A stretch of DNA of 64,000 bases from Sarea resinae (taxonomy: Eukaryota). The position numbers and the translations under genes were made by a program. The notes under the pieces were generated by a model. The model was not told where the DNA came from. It did not search any database and saw only the letters and a program-made list of their open reading frames with translations. Positions 44,892-54,948 of this stretch are shown here, piece by piece (position 1 is the first letter of the stretch; each line of letters opens with the position of its first letter). The stretch is taken from NCBI GenBank assembly GCA_026026165.1, contig JAPEUD010000075.1:1-64000 (forward strand), given 5' to 3'.

Positions 44892-47800
44892 CTATCTCCT
44901 ATCCTCGTAGCCTCTACCAGAGTCGTAAGGTGACGGCGGTAGCGGCTTTCCACGCTGCTGTGGCGCAGGCCCAGGAGCGTACTGCCCGACAGGTGGCGTA
45001 AGAGTCCTGCCAAGCTGTTGCTGATGCCTCATAGCCTCATGGCGCATTTTATCGGTGCGGAGCATATCCTGCTGTTGTTGCTGGTCAAGCTGGGCCTGCT
45101 CTTGATGTCTCAGACGCTGAAAGTCCATTGGATGGCGATGTTGATGCTGGGGCTGCGCTTGCTGCGCTGGTGGTTGAGTCTGCTGGAGTTGAGACGGTGG
45201 TTGTGGTGGTTGACTTTGGTATGCAGGGTGGGAGACAGTCGTTGGTGAAGGACCGTAGAGAGAGAGATGAAGTTGATTTGGTGTTGGTTGATTTTGCTGA
45301 GCCTGCTGACCCTGGGCTTGGGGGTGCGAGTACGACGAGCTGCGAGAATGGGCATGGGGCGGTGGTGACGGATTGTGGGGAGATTGGAAAGCAGCGCGAG
45401 ATGATGGCGCATACGTTGGCTGTAGTTGTGGAGAGCCAGCTGCAGATGGGGGTTGATACGAGGATCGCTGGTACCATGTTTGTTGACTAGGACTCATAGC
45501 GCGAGTCCCGGTAGACATATCAGATAGATTCCGACTCGGCCCTGGTGGTGGTGGGGCTGCTGCATAAGGGCGCGGGTAAGGTGGGACACTAGAGACCTCC
45601 ACAGGAGTATCTCGTCTTGGAGGAATGACAGACTGCGCTGATTGCGGTCGGTAGGTCTGAGGTTGTGGTGATTGAGAGGGTGGCGTTGGCACAGCGGGCA
45701 TGACATGATCGGAATATCGTTTTTTAGGCCTTGGTTCCTCGGGCTCATTGTTCAACAACGATGCAATATTTGACGTTTTTCGAACTGTCTCCTGTAGGGG
45801 TCGAGGAACAGCATGAGTTGGTACTACCGGCGCGGGGACTTTGCGTGCCTCTTCCCTTGGCGATGAGAAGGAGGTAGGCTGCCTCGCTGCCATTGGGTGT
45901 CCCGCACTTCCGCCGTCAGGCCCCGGTGGACCGGATTCTGGCAATGGTCGAAGACCCGAAGGATTTGATACTTTGTTTTGCGCTTGCTGGGGTATTCTGG
46001 GCTCGACCTGTTTAGCATCTGGGGGACCAGAACGACCTTGCGATAGACCTGGCGCCATCTGCTGTGGGTTGGCAGAGAAGGGAACACGAGGGGATTGGTG
46101 CTGGGGAGCCATCGGCGAATATCGCCGTGCTGCTTGCTTAGACTGCGCCGCTTGCTGAACAATGGGTTGTCGGTACATGTTCTCCTGCGACTGCTGGTTC
46201 TGGAGCTGCTGCTGAACTTGTTGCTGGACCTGTTGTTGGACCTGTTGTTGGACCTGTTGCGGGACTTGATGCTGGGCTTGATGTTGGGCTTGATGCTGGA
46301 CTTGATGCTGGACCTGTTGCTGGACTTGATGCTGGACCTGTTGCTGCGCATGTTGCTGCGCCTGTTGCTGCGCCTGTTGTGGAACTTGTTGCGAAACTTG
46401 TTGCTGCATCTGCTGTTGTGCAGGCTGCGGCTGGAGGATCGGACGAGCATCGCGGGATTCGGTAAAGAAGCCAATCCTCGGTCCTTGGGAATGCTGAGAA
46501 GCCCGCTGCTGTTGCGTCTGTGGAGAGTTTGATGTTGCCACACCATTTTTGGGTTGCAGATTAGTCTGGGTTGGAGACGGGCCAGCTTGTGCTAGTACAG
46601 GTAGCCTAGGAGGTGCATGAGTATGCTGCTGAGGGGATCCGTGTGCCGTAAAGGTTGACTGATGTCTTTGCGCTGAATCGTCAATGTCGACAGAGTCAAC
46701 ATTGGGAGCCAACGGACGCTGTGTCATAGGTTGATTGTTTTCATATCGCCTCTTAGGGACGATCGTAGGGGGAGGCGGGGGACCAATGTAATCCCCGCGT
46801 TCTCTTCTCGCGTTTGCCTTGTGGGCCTCCTCTTCGATATCGGTTCTGCCAGATTCTACAAGACGATTGTAATGGTTTTTGACCTGTGAAATGTCGTTAG
46901 CACTACCCTTGTAAACAATTTCTACCAGTCTTACCATGATATGGGTTTTGGATTGCATGTAGGCGGCAATCCCATTCCAGTCGGTTCCGAAATGTGCGAC
47001 TAATTTCGGAAAGTCCTGCTGCTCTGGCACCGACCAGTAGCTTGACGTCTGAGCCGCGTTCTTTTGATGCTGCTGCTGCTGCTGCTGCTGTTGCTGCTGT
47101 TGCTGCTGTTGCTGCTGTTGCTGCTGTTGAGACTGCTGTTGAGACTGCTGCTTCGGATTCTCGGGCTGGGGAGTGGCCTGCGCTGGTTGCTGTCGCCAAT
47201 CCTCAGGAGGGAAAGACACCTGTTGGGGGACTATGCTTGTAGAACGCCCCGCTTGTAATGCGGCCAGTAAGTTGGCCCCTTCAAGATCTTTCGCTTTTTG
47301 ATCCTCCTCGGCCTTGGGCTCATGTACTTTCTCTCGGGGCTTTTCCTTTTCTTTATCGGCCTTCTGAGGGGATGGCGCCGCAGCAATATGCTGTTGCTTT
47401 GCTCTCTTCTGCCCTCTCTGTCCCGTCGCACCAGCCCTGGTACGTTTCGGCGGGCGTTCTGTTCCGGCATCTCCATTAGCGTCAGCTTTTGCAGCACCAC
47501 CTTTTCTGCCGGGAGTCCCAGAATGCTCGGCATCGGCCGCAGGCTCTCCAAAGGTAGGTGCGGCAGCTCTCCTGGGTCGTCCGGTGTCCGTTACAGCAAC
47601 GGTGGGATTTCCAAACTCATCGCCTTCATAAAGTTCGGGATGGACTCCCAGATCGGTCATAAGCGCATTTGGTTTCTGTCGTGTTGAGACCGTGCTTCCT
47701 GCCTTGCGTCCTCGTTTGCTTCTCTTTCGATACAATTTCGTCTTGTATTTGGCCTCCTCTTTTGTCAGGTAGTAGTGATCGATACACTGCTTATAATCAC

Positions 47801-50800
47801 GGTTGGGAATAGCCTCAGCGATCTTGCCCCACTTCTTGGGAAAGTTGAGATACGCATCAATGAAGAGCTTGTGCTCCGCTGGGGTGAAGTCATCCTTGGG
47901 AGGGATAAATCCAAAGACATCCAAGGCATGTTGGCTGTCAACAAGCTGATTAGTATCCATGTATACGCGAGCTTCTTTTTCAAAATCATCAAGCATATCT
48001 GGAATCTCGGCTTCCTTTTCCATGTCGGCGGTAGCTTGGGACTCCCTGTCGCGTCTCTCCTGCTCCTCTTTGGCAGCCTGCTCAGACTCTCTCAATACCC
48101 TCTGTATGTCCAACTCACTACTGAATGCAATGTGCTGTCTTCGTCTCTCCTGTGGGGTCGTATTATTCGGAGGCGGGGTGGCCTTCTTGACGACAGGCGC
48201 CATGATCGATTGGACCTCGGCCATCTTCCTCTCCTTGTCGATTTTCTGAACAGCTATCCTCCATGACCTATACAAGGCGCCATACGTTCGTCGCAATGCC
48301 ACGTTTTTGGCAGACGTCTGCCGTCTCTGTCGCTCAAGCTCGGAGCGCATCATGTCCTTTATATGTTCGTGCTTGTCAAGGTTCTCTTGGAAAATCTCCA
48401 ATTCCGAAAAGGGGGTCAGAGGTCCCGTGCTCAAGAATGGGAGGCTTTCAATAGGAGGGGTTGGCACCCTATTCAGAGCAACGTCTTGGAGCGCTCGGAC
48501 TCGAGCCTCACTATTCATTTCTACTTCTTCCCCTTCTTCCACCTTTGGTGACGGGAGTCCCAGTGGCCCAGACGAAGCACGTTGGTCCGGCAAAGCATTC
48601 TGAACCCCACTGTCAACAACGTCGACTACTCCAGCCAGTGCAACAATCTTTGCCATCTCCTCCCTGCGCTCCTGAATCGAAGGTTTGCTTTTTTCCAGAG
48701 ATGCACACTCTTGAGAGAATTTCTGCTCGCTGGCCTCAAAATCCTCGTCATCAAGGTCCATTTGGTCATCGGCATTGCGGAGCTTATCAAGTTCACTAAG
48801 TGCTTCTTCATCAGCAGACCTCGTGTCTTCAGCATTCGGAGCATCAATCATGTCGACCTCTTTTGAGATCGCGTCTTTCGGATTCTCTCTCACGACTTCA
48901 CCGTCCACCTTGCCGGGGTGTTTGACTTCTCTTTCGGACTGCGATTGAGTGGCATCTTTCCTTTCCGGGGTAGACTGATCGGGTGCTAGCTTCACGATCT
49001 CATCTTTTGCAGCTTTTTCGGGTCCCCTATCACCAACATCTAGTCTAGGGAGAGACGGTCGCCTTGGAGGTATAGTGGAAGGGCCTGCTCTATTTGCATA
49101 GTTAGGAGCCCCCGGACGAACCCATTGAAGATTTTGGCTCCGCACGGGTTGCCTATCTATCCTGGTAGCAGCTCTGTCGGGTCGCGGAACTCCTCTTTCA
49201 GCCCTGGGTCCTGTTGGGATGTTGGCTCCCAGTAACTGTGGAGAGGTACTGAACGCTCCCTTTCGGACTGGACCAGGGGTACTCGGAGGGCCACCCATGC
49301 CAGTCTGACCCGGCGATATGCTCGCACTGCTGCTCGGCCGAGATATTAGCGGTGCACTGGAGGGACCTCCAGGCCTCGTTGTCGCTTGTGGACCGGTCGG
49401 AGGAGCCCGAGCTGCTGCCATTGGTGGCGCCAGAGCTTCAGAGAGACGAGCGATTGGTTGTGAATTACCACTGAGCGTATCCCCAGCGGGCTTTGCTGGA
49501 GTTGCTGTCAGGGGAGCTCCAGATTTCGCTTCGTCCGATCTGGCAATAGTGGGGTCTTTCAGGTCCGTGGAAGCTGCTCTTTCTGGAATACGCTCCGCCC
49601 TCGGTCCCGTCGGTGGTTTACTCCCGATCTGCGCCTTCGGACCGGTGGGTACGGCCTTCGGTGCTGGAGATGGAATGGGCGGGGCGTATGGTTGAGACGG
49701 GGTGCGATTATCTGCAGGAGCTCTCCAGACGTTCGAGGTCGGGCCAGTCGTGCTTGATGGCCGAAGGGTCACCGAACCAAACGCAGGAACCTGAGGGGCC
49801 TGAGGCGGGGGTGAAGATGCGCGAGTGCTGGCTCGATCTCTTACTGGATCCGCTCGACTAGGTGGGTATTCTGGCTTGTCATTTTCGCGACGCGCATCTC
49901 TGACACCAGGAGGCAGAACAGTAGTCGACGGACGACGAGCGGGTTCGGCGTCACGATCTCGGAGGGTATTCTTGTCCAAAGCAGGTGCATGAGACGGAGC
50001 TGAAGGCGTAAATCCAGTTGTGGGGCCAGTCGCCGACGCGCTAGGGCGCCTCAAATCCGCTCGGTTCGATGTTTGCTCTCTCTTCCAACGCTCAGCTTCC
50101 CGCTCTCTTTCTTCCCGCGTCGGTCTTCTATCATCTTCACGCCGATCTGTCCTCCTATCGTCCTGCCGCTCCAGGTCCCGTTCCCGGTCCCGTTCTCGAT
50201 CACGGTCGTCTCTAGAGTCGCGTTCCCAACGACGATCTCTGGATCGGCTCCTAGGACGGTAGCTAATTCGATCATCAACGTAGCCTCCCCGGCCCCGGCC
50301 CCGAGGTTCCCAATCGCCTCGGCCTCGTCCAGCGCCATACGGTCCACGAGAAAAGGGTGCTCCACCCGCGATGGATGATTCAGAATGTCCAGAAGTGGCG
50401 GAGAGTGGTGTCTCCCTGGAGCTCCTCCTCGGGCGAGAAGCATCTATATCTCGAGGAGAATAATCTCGGCCTCTGAAGTCCCGAACGATGGGAGATGGTG
50501 ATAGACCTCGAGAGGAACCGCGTCGACCTCTGATATCTATATCTCGATCTCTTCGAGCCCATTCTCTGTCCCGATCTCGGCCGAAAGGAGGCAATTCCCT
50601 GGAATCCCTCGAGTCTCGAAAGTCGCGATCCCGCTCTCTATCACGGAAGTCTGCTCGATCTCCTCGACCGGCAAAGGAACGTCCTCGTGGACCTGCTGGG
50701 ATATAACCCCCTCCAGACCCAGGGCCACGTGAAGGGTCGACCAGGGCCTTTGGTCCTCTGGGCGGCTCTCGCAGTGCTTCCCCTGGCCGTCCACCGTTCG

Positions 50801-50957
50801 AGGCAGATTCGAGATTTGAACGCGGTCCGGCGTCATTGTTACGCGGAGGAAGTGATCCAGCATAGGACGGCTTCCGGTCCGCATATCGCGGCGGGGTTCG
50901 ATCCCGCGGCACATAACGAGAATCGCTCGAAGTACCTCGGGCGTACCGCGACGACAT
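44892..50957 (-). CDS. SNT1: Set3C histone deacetylase complex scaffold with two SANT/Myb domains (Snt1-like), ~2004 aa after removing one intron
   Basis: SANT1 DDFTPAEHKLFIDAYLNFPKKWGKIAEAIPNRDYKQCIDHYYLTK; TDTGRPRRAAAPTF; SANT2 TSSYWSVPEQQDFPKLVAHFGTDWNGIA...KTHIM|VKNHY. In-frame intron 46884-46934; RD/RS-rich N-terminus and poly-Q tracts. Confidence 0.85.
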   Translation of the reverse strand: MSSRYARGTSSDSRYVPRDRTPPRYADRKPSYAGSLPPRNNDAGPRSNLESASNGGRPGEALREPPRGPKALVDPSRGPGSGGGYIPAGPRGRSFAGRGDRADFRDRERDRDFRDSRDSRELPPFGRDRDREWARRDRDIDIRGRRGSSRGLSPSPIVRDFRGRDYSPRDIDASRPRRSSRETPLSATSGHSESSIAGGAPFSRGPYGAGRGRGDWEPRGRGRGGYVDDRISYRPRSRSRDRRWERDSRDDRDRERDRERDLERQDDRRTDRREDDRRPTREEREREAERWKREQTSNRADLRRPSASATGPTTGFTPSAPSHAPALDKNTLRDRDAEPARRPSTTVLPPGVRDARRENDKPEYPPSRADPVRDRASTRASSPPPQAPQVPAFGSVTLRPSSTTGPTSNVWRAPADNRTPSQPYAPPIPSPAPKAVPTGPKAQIGSKPPTGPRAERIPERAASTDLKDPTIARSDEAKSGAPLTATPAKPAGDTLSGNSQPIARLSEALAPPMAAARAPPTGPQATTRPGGPSSAPLISRPSSSASISPGQTGMGGPPSTPGPVRKGAFSTSPQLLGANIPTGPRAERGVPRPDRAATRIDRQPVRSQNLQWVRPGAPNYANRAGPSTIPPRRPSLPRLDVGDRGPEKAAKDEIVKLAPDQSTPERKDATQSQSEREVKHPGKVDGEVVRENPKDAISKEVDMIDAPNAEDTRSADEEALSELDKLRNADDQMDLDDEDFEASEQKFSQECASLEKSKPSIQERREEMAKIVALAGVVDVVDSGVQNALPDQRASSGPLGLPSPKVEEGEEVEMNSEARVRALQDVALNRVPTPPIESLPFLSTGPLTPFSELEIFQENLDKHEHIKDMMRSELERQRRQTSAKNVALRRTYGALYRSWRIAVQKIDKERKMAEVQSIMAPVVKKATPPPNNTTPQERRRQHIAFSSELDIQRVLRESEQAAKEEQERRDRESQATADMEKEAEIPDMLDDFEKEARVYMDTNQLVDSQHALDVFGFIPPKDDFTPAEHKLFIDAYLNFPKKWGKIAEAIPNRDYKQCIDHYYLTKEEAKYKTKLYRKRSKRGRKAGSTVSTRQKPNALMTDLGVHPELYEGDEFGNPTVAVTDTGRPRRAAAPTFGEPAADAEHSGTPGRKGGAAKADANGDAGTERPPKRTRAGATGQRGQKRAKQQHIAAAPSPQKADKEKEKPREKVHEPKAEEDQKAKDLEGANLLAALQAGRSTSIVPQQVSFPPEDWRQQPAQATPQPENPKQQSQQQSQQQQQQQQQQQQQQQQQQQQHQKNAAQTSSYWSVPEQQDFPKLVAHFGTDWNGIAAYMQSKTHIMVRLVEIVYKGSANDISQVKNHYNRLVESGRTDIEEEAHKANARRERGDYIGPPPPPTIVPKRRYENNQPMTQRPLAPNVDSVDIDDSAQRHQSTFTAHGSPQQHTHAPPRLPVLAQAGPSPTQTNLQPKNGVATSNSPQTQQQRASQHSQGPRIGFFTESRDARPILQPQPAQQQMQQQVSQQVPQQAQQQAQQHAQQQVQHQVQQQVQHQVQHQAQHQAQHQVPQQVQQQVQQQVQQQVQQQLQNQQSQENMYRQPIVQQAAQSKQAARRYSPMAPQHQSPRVPFSANPQQMAPGLSQGRSGPPDAKQVEPRIPQQAQNKVSNPSGLRPLPESGPPGPDGGSAGHPMAARQPTSFSSPREEARKVPAPVVPTHAVPRPLQETVRKTSNIASLLNNEPEEPRPKKRYSDHVMPAVPTPPSQSPQPQTYRPQSAQSVIPPRRDTPVEVSSVPPYPRPYAAAPPPPGPSRNLSDMSTGTRAMSPSQQTWYQRSSYQPPSAAGSPQLQPTYAPSSRAAFQSPHNPSPPPHAHSRSSSYSHPQAQGQQAQQNQPTPNQLHLSLYGPSPTTVSHPAYQSQPPQPPSQLQQTQPPAQQAQPQHQHRHPMDFQRLRHQEQAQLDQQQQQDMLRTDKMRHEAMRHQQQLGRTLTPPVGQYAPGPAPQQRGKPLPPSPYDSGRGYEDRR

Positions 50958-52773
50958 GGCGCCAGAATTTCCGGATTCGAGTACAATGGGCTCAATGTGC
51001 CATGTAGTCTCGAGGGCGCATTAGGCCATCCGCAGAAGAAAACGATCCAGCTCGCTTAGAGATCGTGCCACCTCTTTCTACCCTCGGGTTGCTCACGATG
51101 GCGAGAGATAGCGCAATAGATCTGTTAGGCAGACGGTCGTGGCTCAAAGATGGTGAAGAGCGCAACCACTCCAGCGCCTCAGAGGATGGTGCCGGTGGTG
51201 AATATGATCGAAGAAGACGCGCCGTTTGCGAGCGTGCCGGCGAATCCAGATAGACTAGCGCAGGGATGCAAGTTCAAGGATGAGCTGTAGGTACGTAGCG
51301 GTTCGCTTACATACACCTTGTACTTCGTACGACCGGAGACTTCTTCAAACGGGTGACGGGGTGGTGATGATGCTCCAGGCAGCGTCGGAGAATACTAGGT
51401 AGAGAACGGCGGCTGTTCGTCTTGACGGAATGAAATAATAGGCTGCCGGCTTCGTAATGACCAGATGGACTCGGTTCAATTCGATTCGATTCGATTCGAT
51501 TCGTGATCTCGTTCAAGTCGAGTGTTCGTTGTGCGCGTGGTGTGCAATAGCGAGTCTCGCTTGCTGTTCGATCGACTTTCAGCCCCAAAGGCTTAGTGCC
51601 ACGTTGCCTGAGATCTTTCGAAGATCTCTTGTCGGCTGCAAAGAGCGCCTGCCGCGTCCGGTCCGGAATCGAAGCGACGGCGACGCGGTCGACAAGATGG
51701 TCGGAACGAAAGGCGTCGATTGAAGCTGAACAGCCGGATGATACTGGCAGCGGTGTCGCGCTGGCTTGTGTCGAGAGAGAGGGAGAGAGTCTCGAGGTCG
51801 AAGGAGGTGGACGAGGTGAACGAAAGACGGTCGAGCTACTCTCCTGTCGGAGTAGGTTTGGGGGTGCCTCGATCGGATATGATTGGCGAGCCGAGGATGG
51901 AAATGAAGACGGACTAGGGTCGATGGGAGCGATGGGAGAATGGGGGAGGAAGGGATCGAATTCTGGAAGGAAGGAAGGGTGCAAGCTGGAGGCGCGCGGG
52001 ACGAGTCGAGTCCTGCGAGTACCGGTACTTGGAGGAAGAGGCAGAGATGCGGTGGACGCCCGTTCGTTCCATGGGATGATCCTGCGAAGGGGAGTACTTG
52101 ACGCAGAGGAGCCGAGCGGACAAGTGCAGTCCTGCAGTCCTATGAGCAGACCCGAGAGCACTGGAGTGGTGCAAGACACGCACTCCACAAGTCCTCGTCG
52201 TACCCGGTACATGTCCTCCGTTCACGATGGATGCTCGGGGTGCTCATTGGCCAGCCATTGAAGATTGAACATGGGACGTGGACCAAGTGAGAGCTTGCGG
52301 CTGATCCGGTTTCCGGGTCTTGACTCGTCTAGGCATGGCAGGGCGCACGCCGACGCCGGATGCTGCAGGTCTGGATTGGATGCCATCCCTTGGACGGAGG
52401 TGGCCCTAAGCGGACCCTGCCTGGTACGGGCGGATGTACTCCGTACCCCGTACCGCTTCTGCTTCTGCTTCTGCATCTGCATCTGCACGAACCCGCTGTA
52501 TCAGTAAGTAGCCCAGGTAAGTATGAGTGTCAGTCTCAGGAGCGGTATAGGTAAGTAGCCATCTCACAGCAATAGGATATGGAATTCAGGGGATCACGTG
52601 CGCATAGGGAGAGACGGGCAGACAGTCGCGTGGCATGTCATTCGGTCCATCTTGGGCACCTTGATCGGTGCCTTGATGGCTGGCTCTACGTACGGTGTGG
52701 ACGACCTCCATGCAACAGTCACGCTCTCCCTTCTATAGCCAAGGTTCGAGGGAAGAACCACTCGACAAGACAT

Positions 52774-54059
52774 CTACCGCTGCGTCTCCGTCAGCTCCGC
52801 ACTCTCCTTCTTCTTCGGCCCCACGTTTCCCCCCTTGTCCGCTTCCCCTCCCGGCCCCTTCGCAAACGTAGCAGCGACAATCAACGGGAACACCACCGTG
52901 GCCTCGGCATAGACCTTGACGCTCTCGGCCCCAACCCGAATCTTCCCCCAACTAACCGCCTCGTCCGGTCGGGCCCCGGCATCGCTGCCGTCGAACTCTT
53001 GGGCCGTGTTGATATAGACGGCGCTCTCGGCCCCATTACGCATCAGGCAGGCGTTAGCAATGTGGTGTTTGACGACACCGCCGCCCAGAATGATCATGCC
53101 TGCACGCACGGCCCGCACAGCAAGCGTGTTGACCCGGCGAATGTCTTCGACGATATCAATCTTCAGGGCAAGTGGAGAGGCCTTGAAAGTGTGGAAGTAG
53201 AGCATGTCACCGATGCTTCCGTCAGTGAGGGCGGGGCAGAAGACGGGGATGTTGTTCTTGTAAGCCCAATAGTACACGGACCGTTCATCGTTGATCTCTT
53301 TCCCCAAGCGATGGATGACCTTGCTGGGCGTCCAATTGATAGGGTCGTCGGTAGCCTTGGGAGCTTCCTGCTCTTCAAGCATCTTGTCCAGGATCGGAAT
53401 GAACCAGTCCTCGAAGGCGCAATAGTTGCTGTTGGGCACAAACAGGTTACCAATGCGATTCATGCCCTGCGAGCGTAGCGTAGCGCCTGATGAGGTGAAA
53501 GAGCCAAGATAAGTAGGAGCCAAGCACTTGATGAAGTCTTCTTCGACGCCACCGGCAGTGGTGACGATAGCGGAGACGTGGGAGTGTTGGACAAGGTAGC
53601 GGAGGGTTTCACGCAGGCCGGATGAGATGAGGTTGGAGGTGTAGCCGAGAAAGATAGTTGTACGGGCCGATGGGTCGGCAGGGTCACGCCATGTGCGCTG
53701 CGGAGGGGGGCGGGATGTGTGAGATAGTTTTTCGAAGGCGGAAAAAGAAATTGGTTATGAGGGTTGCAGGCAAGCTGAACCTGCGGTTTCGGGACGAGTG
53801 CACGACTCACCATTCCATTTATGATTTTCACAGCCTCGCCCACTGAGCTGGCTTGAAATCCCATGTTTGTCATGCCCGATATCAGTTCTGCGACTGTGAT
53901 ATCTCGGCCAGCGTGGTCATTGAAGTCTATGCCATGGACCTCTTGAGCGCCAACTGGGACCGGATCTGATGGTTTAAGGACTGCATCAGTGACGCTAGAT
54001 GGCGCATTCTGGATTGTCGATGTGGCGGTCGAGGGGACCGTTGTGGGGGAAGGTGCCAT
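52774..54059 (-). CDS. DYS1: Deoxyhypusine synthase, 2 exons
   Basis: [86 protein letters not shown] (catalytic Lys). Intron 53698-53810. Confidence 0.96.
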
Positions 54060-54948
54060 GATTGGAAGAGATTGGGTAGAACGCTGGGACAGAAAAGAAT
54101 ATCAAAATCGCTGAGCCTCTTCAATCTCCAGTGACCAAAACAAAATTAGCTGACATGCAGTTTAAAGGAATTTGTTTTCGATCAAAGCAACGCTGTCTTC
54201 ACCAGATAACAATATTCAAAGACAGGAGACAGATTCGACCCTTGAACTGTATTTTGAGTAGTCAAATATTGAAGATCCTGGTTGTCAGTAATGTATGGAG
54301 GGTGATCGTGTCCTATATTTTACTGTCTTTTCAGATAATTCTTAGAGATATCAGAGATCCATCAGACGGGAGGTTCAGGAAGTCAGGACTTGAGGAGCTA
54401 AGATAGGTCGTGAGGTGAGGAAGAATCTTGGTGGGGTTACTAGCATCGAATTTCACATATGAGATTTTTTGATGATGTGCATCCAGATCGATGCTTATCT
54501 AATCTTGTCTTATCTTAGATCTACAATCACGAGTATCACGACGTTGAATCACGATCTTACATACTGCGGAGTGACGTGGACTGAGTCGTTCGAACGTACT
54601 TTTACACGAGCTTTGAACATGCTGCAGGTCTGAGGCCGCCGTTATTTAGGAGGTGCCATCAATGAGGACAGCCAGTCATGGTCTCTATCAAGAGCCAAAG
54701 TAAGAGTAGAAGAATCCGAGCCTTCAGCAAATCCACCACACATCGCTTCGCATTTCAGCGCCAGTAAAGCAAACATGACAGCGTGTAAAAAAGAGAACGC
54801 CAATCCGAGCGAATTTACAAACCAGAATAACCTAGCCAAACCTTGTCCATAGAATGATCCCGAATCCTCTATAACCCTATTTTGATTAAGGAAAGGTAGA
54901 AAGCCCAAGCAGGCCGTGAACCCAGACTCTCACTCTTAGGAAGTATCA

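Noticed and set aside
50895..50905. tRNA B-box-like GGTTCGATCCC
   Set aside because: Inside the SNT1 coding sequence, with no cloverleaf or A-box.
51307..52261. 301-aa (-) and 221-aa (+) ORFs upstream of SNT1
   Set aside because: S/P/R-rich text typical of a CT-rich 5' leader; no motifs. At most uORF potential, which is unsupported.
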